This document shows, piece after piece, positions 38,551 to 64,000 of a stretch of DNA of 64,000 nt. This DNA comes from Tubulanus polymorphus. Lineage: Eukaryota; Animalia; Nemertea. The stretch covers positions 10,014,451 to 10,078,450 of the forward strand of contig NC_134035.1 in assembly GCF_964204645.1 (NCBI RefSeq). Reading direction: 5' to 3'. Numbering within the stretch: the first letter of the stretch is position 1; every line of letters begins with the position of its first letter. A model generated the notes under the pieces. That model saw only the letters and a program-made list of their open reading frames with translations. It was not told the DNA's origin and ran no database searches. A program made the position numbers and the translations under genes.

Positions 38551-41252
38551 TCACGTTAACAACTTGGTGAAGTCGCCGATACAAGGCATGTAGAAATCTG
38601 GAACCATATTACGGTCGTTTTGATCGTCGCTGTTAGCGCAGCGTTCCACGTCGTCTAACTGATGAACACCGGTTAAAACCAGTAATGAGGTACAGTTGAT
38701 GTTGTGCGCAAACAGTATATCAGTCGACAAACTGAAAATATATAGCATCAGCATCACGGTGTAATATATAAGTATAGATTGATTTTACATATATCACAAT
38801 TATACACAAACTAAACTGTTCTGATAGAAAAATAATTCCATTGTACACCAAAATTTACACGATGGCATCGTGCGAATTATGAAAATTAATTCGAAAAAAG
38901 TATTAATGACCAGGGCTGTATTTAACAGAGGAAACGGGGCCAGAAATTTTGAAAAAGTGCCCCATTTGGTAAATACGATTGTTATATCCTAGAAGTGTCC
39001 TCTTTCGGGTTTCTCTGCCCCCTTAAAATTCAAATATTGCTAGGTACGGCCTTGATAAACTAAAAGTTAGATCATCAAGGTTCTATGACCCGAGAAGGAA
39101 TTGTTACTCTGTTTTGAATAAAGGCATCCTAATTTTTTGCATTAATTTAGCGAGTCGTTTACTAGGAGACTAATAATTTGTAAATAGAGGAATTGCCCGT
39201 GTACCTGACAGAACGGTCATTCTTAGTCTCATAAAATCGAAAATATTGATCTTTATATCATCATGAAACAGTTTCCCAGCTAAGGTGGAAAAAATGTCGC
39301 CAAAAAATGACACCGATTTAAGAACGGGCGGTTCTACTGAAACATGAATTCACAATCTCAAATGTTCACACGCATCAGTTACGTACTTATCACCGACCAT
39401 CACAGTGCGTTTTGGATCGACGTGGTCCAAGTGTTTCAACACCTCGAACAAGTGTTTACTCGGTTTGCCGACGATGATCGGCTCTCGTTTACACGGCGTT
39501 TTCACGAAGCTGTCCGTACCTACAATCATGCATAAAAACTAACTGTTACGAGCATAATAACCGCGAGCTGTGGGTACGTTAGATCGACGAACATTCTTTC
39601 ACAATTGACTTTTTTCACAAGGAGATACAAGTACATTATTTTCTTTTCAGAATCTGGACGGATAAGGATAAGATTTCCGAAATTGTATATTCATATTGAT
39701 ATCCCGCGAAACAAACTCAACGGCATTGCAGATTTTGCAAATTGAGAGGCAAAATCTAAGTTTCAAAAGATTTTCCGAAGCGTTGCTTTAATCAGTACCT
39801 GGAATACTAACTGCAACATTAGAGTGTGACATTTCATAAGCAGTTGTAGCGATGAAAAGTACATCCGGTTTCTCGTTTAGATATTTCGTCTTTTTGAAGA
39901 CCTTTAAAAAGTTTAGGCAAGGATCGAAACCGACGAGAACGCAGTTTATATCAGGGTCTTTTTCGAAGGTCCAAGAAGCGTCGAAAGTGAAGTTCTCGGG
40001 AACTGGATCCGGCTTAAAAATCAACGAAGAATTAAGACGAATTAGTAAATCATAAACATGTCCATTACTTTTAGGGAGAGATCGGTAAATTAAGGAATTT
40101 CTGAATGAGTAGCTGAGCGGTGGGCAAGGTCCGAAACGTTATGTCTTTAGATTCCAATTCTTGATGAATAATATTCATTTCTAAATCTATTAGATTTGCA
40201 TTTTAATTGAGTTTTAATCTTATCTACCCTAACTCCATGTCCGAGTGTGGTTGTTCTACTCAATTGCATTGTTGCCACGGTATTTGTCTACCAGTTAATT
40301 CTTAACTAACTTTTGAGAAACTGGCTCCTGTACTAATAAATATACACATGCACTTAAAATCCTCATAATCAGCACCTTTTCTTTGCCTTACCTGTACACC
40401 CCCGATATACTTAATGCCGACATCATCCAACTCATCACACATTGCCTTGTTTCCAATCATGTAAACTTTTCCTTTGAAGTCTAATACATTCTTCAGGTAA
40501 TGCGCAGCGATGAAAGACGACGTCAACGCTTCATCCTATCAATCGAAGTTTGAATACAACTAATACGAAAAGATACTCAGGAATATCCCGTTATGCTTAA
40601 TTTTCTTTAATTTCTAAAAAATACAAAATTTGCAACTACCAGTTTTGCTTGGATGCCGAATTTCTGCATTTTTGCAAGCAACATCGCTCGCGACTTAGAG
40701 CTGTTATTCGTGACGAAATATACGTGTTTTCCCTGTTAAACAAAGCAATCATGATTTAAGAATTTTGAATGGCTCTCACATATCAGAGCAACAGTAGTTT
40801 GTTAAGACGAATTACCAGTTTTCTGAGACTATTCAAGAATTCAACAACCCCAGGGATTGGCGTAGATCCATGCCAAAGAACACCTGCAAGAATTACATTC
40901 ATGGTTTTACATGTTCTATATTTATTTTCAATTTCTTATTAACATCTTTTTCTGTTTCAATTGATGATTTGTATCCGACTGAGCGCGCGAACTGTGAATG
41001 CGCATGACGTCACGTCATTTTATCGAACACGGTTCGAATCCCGATATATTGACAATTAAATTCTACTCAACTGAGTGGTGATTTTGTTCAATGCCCACCC
41101 CTCGCAATTCAAAGTGGAATTCTAAAAAACAACTTTAAAATTTGAAAGAAATGATATTTACCGTCACAATCGAATAAAAAAGTATCGTGGTCATCAATGA
41201 AACACTGAGCATTTTCACTCGTTATTTGATGAGTTTGCTTCGCGATCTCCAT
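38551..41252 (-). CDS. PGP: HAD class IIA phosphatase (PGP-like), copy 3, 307 aa, divergent cap domain
   Basis: Exons 41252-41162, 40883-40816, 40732-40640, 40535-40392, 40012-39799, 39519-39387 (9-nt in-frame deletion), 38731-38551. Frame open; core catalytic motifs kept. Confidence 0.78.
38911..39054. mobile_element. Degenerate TIR element in PGP copy 3 intron 6
   Basis: cagggctgtatttaac ... gctaggtacggccttg; absent at the equivalent position of copy 1. Confidence 0.5.
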
Positions 41253-41925
41253 TGTGCATTACCGGCTACTGCTGCCACCTGGTTTACCGGAGTCCGATAT
41301 TTGGACGAAGACACGGACTGTAACATTTTATGGGAGCTACCCTCCCCACAGTAAAATAAATTATCGGACTTCGATATTTTATTCAATACAGATCCGGGAA
41401 GCTAGAATTCTCTGACCAGATGACGTAGCTTTCCTAGGGTCGTTTCTTCCAGAGAGACGCTTCTTGTGCCACTGGTCGCCCACCACATGCCAAGCAGCCA
41501 TAACACTGAAAAAACCAGGTCCAAATTGCCCTTTCATGAAGAAAAGAGTCCTCAAACTAAAAACTATTTTGCAAAAAGGTTTTAACATGAAACAAAAAAC
41601 CAAATAGGTCATATAATGTGGCCAGAAAAGCCCTTATTGACCTTAATTTTCCGTGGGAGGTTCACGAGCAGCCTCCACATTGCCAACTTTCAAATTAAGT
41701 GGTCATCAAATTTTCAGGTCCACCCCATCAAAAAATTCTAGATCCACCCTTGGAACTATGGAGTTAGCTTGAAATCTCTCCCACAGTCCTGGAAGCGGTT
41801 GTTTTTACAATGATGATCCCTGTCGCTCTACAATCGGAGTGTGAACTTGGAAAATCCCTTCTTTCAGAAGAATGAAAATAATCCATCAAATGAAAACCAA
41901 TTCATCAAATTATTATTCATAAAGT

Positions 41926-41931
41926 TTTATT
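41926..41931 (-). terminator. Probable PRMT1 poly(A) signal
   Basis: AATAAA on the minus strand ~600 nt after the PRMT1 stop, followed by TG-rich sequence; homologous copies at 38416-21 and 35498-503. Confidence 0.6.
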
Positions 41932-42534
41932 AAAAAATTTGACCACCAAAGTTTGCAGCGTGTTTATACACAAACAATTTCGGACACATAATTTCTTTTT
42001 GAAATCATAAGTTCATAAGTTTTTTTTTGCAGAGAGACGCGGTCAGTCAGTTTTACACAATGACAGGTTACGAGCAGTATAAAATGCATGTTTACAAAAC
42101 AAATTACGAGAGAACAAATGGCGGCCAGAACATTGAACACCATGCACTGTCTATAAAGTACAGTTTGAACGCATGCTGAACAAACAAATGTGGCATATAA
42201 ATCATGAGGTTTACTTTGAATACAAATAATCGTCCCCAATGATTTCTCGGAAAAAAAGCAGACCCCACATTTTAAATCTTTTTCTTGACACTTTACTTAA
42301 ATTTTGTTCACAAAAGTCATTCAAAAATCACAATCACCAGCAACTTCTTTATTGTCAGAAGTTCAATGCGACTGACATCTTTTTTTTTCTTTACTAAAAT
42401 AAAACGCGCAAGAGATTTTTAAAATGATGAATGATGTCGTTCTGATTTCAATAATACAGCAGGAATTGCGCCGACTTACGCAGCGGACACAGACATCACC
42501 CATTTATTACTGAACCAACTATCGTTTCTTTTCT

Positions 42535-47192
<4,658 letters not shown>

Positions 47193-48350
47193 GATTTTCC
47201 GTCTTTTCCACATGTGGCCGCGTATTACGTCATCGATTCGTGTGTACCAGGACAAAAACGTTCGGACTTAGCCCCGGACCTGCCTCAGTCAATTAATTCG
47301 CTCTATTGTCACTTAAACAAATCAGCAGATACATGACAATAAATTATGAAATAAATAATACATAATACATTAGGCCTGTTACCTATTTAACACTCAAACA
47401 GATTTTGAAATGAGGATTAATTAAATCATAGAAGTGTGGTGACTCCTCTGGGGAAAGTCTAATCGAGTAAAATACTGGAAATTGAGAATTTACGTACAGA
47501 GGTAGAATGGTTTTTTATACAATAAATTGTGGTTTTGTGCTAGATCAAGGCAGACCCAAAGGACACACCAGTGTGAGGGGTAGACTCGAGGAGCGGATAT
47601 CTTTATCCCGGTCTATTTTGCATACAGTCAGGTGCTGCCGCTATGCTCATCAATAGCGGAATTTTCATACACTAACACGAAGATGACCGAGGCAAGTGAG
47701 TAAAGTATTCCCACTTTTTGAAAGATAAATGAATACATAACTGTTGATTTTGTATTTTTCTAATCATCTGAACATAAGATATTATTTTAATATCGAAAAA
47801 AAAATTCAATTTTACCCCTATTCAATATTTACTGCCTACTACGTTTGCGGAATCGTCGTTCCAGCAACAGGTTTCTGAGTTAGATTGTCTCAACCAGGAA
47901 GTAAAAGATACGCACTGGTGATATTATTTTTGTAGGAAATTAATTGCCCCGAATTTATTTAAAGATTAATTACGATCTGGGGCCGTGGTTTCGTGGAGCA
48001 ACTTGTTAGTGCACGTACTGACTGACGCCTGAAGATTTTGTGATGCATCGTATCTTTATTTTTGATGATTGAAAAAGTGAGTGGAACTGGAACGACGTGA
48101 AGATAAAAAACAACTTATGTGTTACTTGTCTTCTCGTCTTGGACTGGAGTTAAACTGTAGTCTTTTGGTTGTAATTTGCAGTCAGGCAGCGACTGCAGTT
48201 TATTTATCCATAATGGTTTAATGTGCCTAACCTAACCATCTGTTCTCTAACACTTCTATCTAGCGCTGCACAGCCTCAGTGGTAAGATAACCCTTATAAA
48301 CTGTGAGTGCTAGAGTAGGTCGTAGCTTGTTACCTAAATCGCTGGTGGTA
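47193..48350. promoter_or_regulatory. Divergent PRMT1/RIPOR promoter region with candidate non-coding RIPOR first exons
   Basis: CRE/ATF-like TTACGTCA (~47224), ETS CAGGAAGT (~47895), plus-strand donors gtgagt (47696, 48077) and gtaagc (48348). The first RIPOR coding exon starts at an acceptor (49043), so an upstream exon is required. Confidence 0.5.
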
Positions 48351-49043
48351 AGCTTTTTTAATCGAATAGACTTATGCCAACTGCGAAAAAGCTAAAGACA
48401 AGTTATTGACTATATTCTTGACTGTAGTTTATTAAAACTCCGTTTTAACAACTGTTTGATACATGTCATGATGATACACAGATGTCTTATCACTTGATTA
48501 AATGATTAATACTAGATAAGATCAGTATCAATGACCAACCCCAGTATCCCCGTAGTTGTAGCAGTACCTGTAGGGTATGATAAAGCAAACTCGCATTTTA
48601 TACAGAGATACCGGGTTTGATCATTGGCATTTCTTAGGAAGTTCTGGTTTTATCCAAATCGCATGAATATATGGTCAGACCATATAATGGTTTCAAGCCT
48701 ATTTCCAATGCTTACTCATACATGGATTCTCTGAACTATCGACTTAACTCTATACATAGTACAAGGAAGTGGAGTAGTTATTATGCGGCTTTATCCTATT
48801 CGTGATAAGAATTCAATAAAATTGCAGCATGGCAGATCCACGTTTGCCAGTTCCCATTAGAATGGGGAATATCACAGGGATAAGGGTGTGTTTGTAAGTA
48901 GCCTGACTGATTATAAAGGGTAATTCCAGTTGTAGTAGGTTTTCACGTTGGTAAGATGTAGTAAGATACCAATGCAATACGAATGTATATAAATTCAACT
49001 TGAGTAAAATCTGATATTGATTGTTTTTTTTTATTTTTGTAGA

Positions 49044-61960
<12,917 letters not shown>

Positions 61961-62059
61961 TAAGGTGAGGCTTTACCTGAAATATTCGAGTTATCGACGC
62001 TCCCAGATTTACACCGATGAGTAGTTATCTGAAAGATAATCAAATAGAATTTTAATTAA

Positions 62060-62224
62060 GGGATCATTCATTTATTACGTACGCATAAAATTTGAATTTT
62101 TCAACCCCCCTTCCCCCTCTGTACGCAAAATCGGCCATATTTTCATATAGATTAAGCATTACAGTACGCAATTGCACTGAACCCTCCCCCTCCCTTGATG
62201 CGTACATAATAAATGAATGACCCC
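62060..62224. mobile_element. Harbinger/Tourist-like MITE family E
   Basis: TAA|gggatcattcatttatta ... taataaatgaatgacccc|TAA, perfect TAA TSD. Confidence 0.9.
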
Positions 62225-63163
62225 TAAGTCTTCTTACTTTCAGATACACAGTTACACACACACAATGTGCAGATTACAACAGTATATCAGTACTCCAAGC
62301 TGAATGCGTTGAAAACAGTCACTACTGTTTTTCTTTGTTCCGCGGCGAACATTTTTTTTTCATTATTTACCGAGTACGAAATGTATGTATACACATAATC
62401 ACTGAATACATTCCCTCCACGTGTGGGCATGAAATATCACCAAAGTACTGTTATGAGTACCTGTATGAACGATAATCAAGTTAGTCTCAACTGCCAAATA
62501 AATCTTCACTAGGGGCCATTCATAAAGTACGTACTAAAACTACTGATGTCTTTTCCAACTTTGCTGGAAAGAATGTCGGGTGGCTCGGGTGGTCAGTTTT
62601 GTTAGTACATATATAGGCCTAACAAAGATGGCCAGTTGATCTAAAACGTCGAATTTTAATCCATTTTACACCGTACTGGAGGCTAACCAGAAAAGTCTCC
62701 TTTCTGTGGTGGTCCTATTAAGACCCCATATCGGGTATGTGCTTCCGAAACTGGCTCAGCTAAGCCACTCAACATCCTCGAGAGCCAAGTTGAAAGAGAC
62801 ATTACTTCTCTCAATGTATATAATACTTAGAATTGCGTACATGGAGGAAAAGGGGTTTGAAAATCGGGGGCCTTATGCTCAAAAGTTGGTTAGAGTTTAC
62901 TGGTGGACAGACACCGCAGTTTCAATTGTCAATATGGCATATATCCACCCAGATTACTCTAACCAATTTTGAGTAACTGGCCACAGCTTTTTGAGCGTAC
63001 ACAGACTTTATTGATGAAATGATCATTATTCAACATACATTCTTTGATCGATGTTAAATCTGTTTAATGTTTATACAATCGAAATCACGCTTCGACTGAG
63101 CATATGCCTATTCGTGATGTTTGTGGATTCAAATTTTCTTTTATTTCTTTCTACTAAGAATTA

Positions 63164-63362
63164 AGCCCAACGCACACGGCAAAACATTTGTTTCGCCGAA
63201 ACAGAAAACACGTTTTTCAGAAAACGTTTTTTGCTCGTGAAAAACGTTTTTCGTGAAAAGCGTTTTGTGTTTTGCCTCCCCGCACACTGCATAACAAAAA
63301 CATCGAAAAAAATGTTTTTTCACAAGGAAAAAACGTTTTTTCGGTGCCGTGTGCGTTGGGCT
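63164..63362. mobile_element. Palindromic MITE
   Basis: TIRs AGCCCAACGCACACGGCA / TGCCGTGTGCGTTGGGCT; internal aaaacgtttt repeats. Confidence 0.82.
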
Positions 63363-63641
63363 TTCAGCTTCGCAGCAGAATGACAAATGTTGGCTTTTAT
63401 GAACTCGGCGCGGTGCCTGTCACAGGTGTTTTCTCAGTCGTTTGTAAGTTAGTTCTTGGCACACAAACAAATAACAAACTGATATGTATGTCCATATGTT
63501 CTGTATTAAGATGCTATCATTTGAATTTGTAATGAAAACGCCAGCTGGTGTGAAATAAGGTGAAAAAATGTTCGACAGCACATTCTTGAGACTTGCTAAA
63601 AATAAGTCTTGTGATACACGGTTGAACTTCATTGGCTGCAG

Positions 63642-63780
63642 GGGCCAGTTGCACAGTCAAGGCTTAGATTTTCGATGCAGGCTGAGACCAACTTAATTCT
63701 ATAGCCAATTCAACAACTTAAGACCAGTCTTAAAATCAAAGACCATTTCTGGAATTAGGTCATGAATGTGCAACTGGGTC
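63642..63780. mobile_element. MITE family A copy
   Basis: CAG|gggccagttgcacagtcaaggcttaga...aagaccagtcttaa...tgtgcaactgggtc|CAC. Confidence 0.8.
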
Positions 63781-64000
63781 CACAACTAAACAGATAGTTC
63801 TTTATAATATCTCGTATGTAAATACGGGCAGTTAAATTTGTTCGGGACAGAGTATAGAACGAAGGAGGAACCAATATCCAGCACTGACACTGGTTAATTT
63901 ATGTTCCGCTAGTCAGTGGCTTATTTACGTCACTTGTAAATGGTCTTGATTATCTCACGACCTGAGAGGTTTTCCGAGTGGACCGCATCACCTAGTAAAG

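Noticed and set aside
38551-41252. PGP copy 3 as a pseudogene
   Set aside because: All seven exons keep frame and GT-AG sites and the only deletion is in-frame; kept as CDS with lower confidence.

Overview
AT-rich, intron-containing animal (invertebrate-type) genomic DNA; no prokaryotic features. I assembled gene models by hand from GT-AG junctions and reading-frame phase. Left to right: (1) the 5' end of an unidentified minus-strand gene running off the window, with a non-coding first exon, an ATG exon and three symmetric 30-39 nt microexons; (2) a 10-exon secreted protein with signal peptide, acidic Asp/Gly/Trp segment, Kunitz, VWD, C8, TIL, TILa/EGF and two antistasin domains (minus, 7173-12748); (3) a 3-exon sFRP1/2/5 gene with a Gly-Lys tail, two furin-type sites and an acidic tail (plus, 18924-29154); (4) three intact tandem HAD-IIA phosphatase (PGP/G3PP-like) paralogues, two of which appear to have captured the PRMT1 poly(A) region; (5) PRMT1 (minus, 10 exons); (6) RIPOR/FAM65 (plus, 17 coding exons), divergent from PRMT1. 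Introns and intergenic DNA hold many MITEs (Harbinger-like, piggyBac-like, hAT-like), some nested or abutting, and decayed Penelope-type hammerhead hairpins. The strongest novelty candidates are the charge-segregated, possibly convertase-switched sFRP tail, the multi-inhibitor mucin-like protein, the microexon array and the PGP array.
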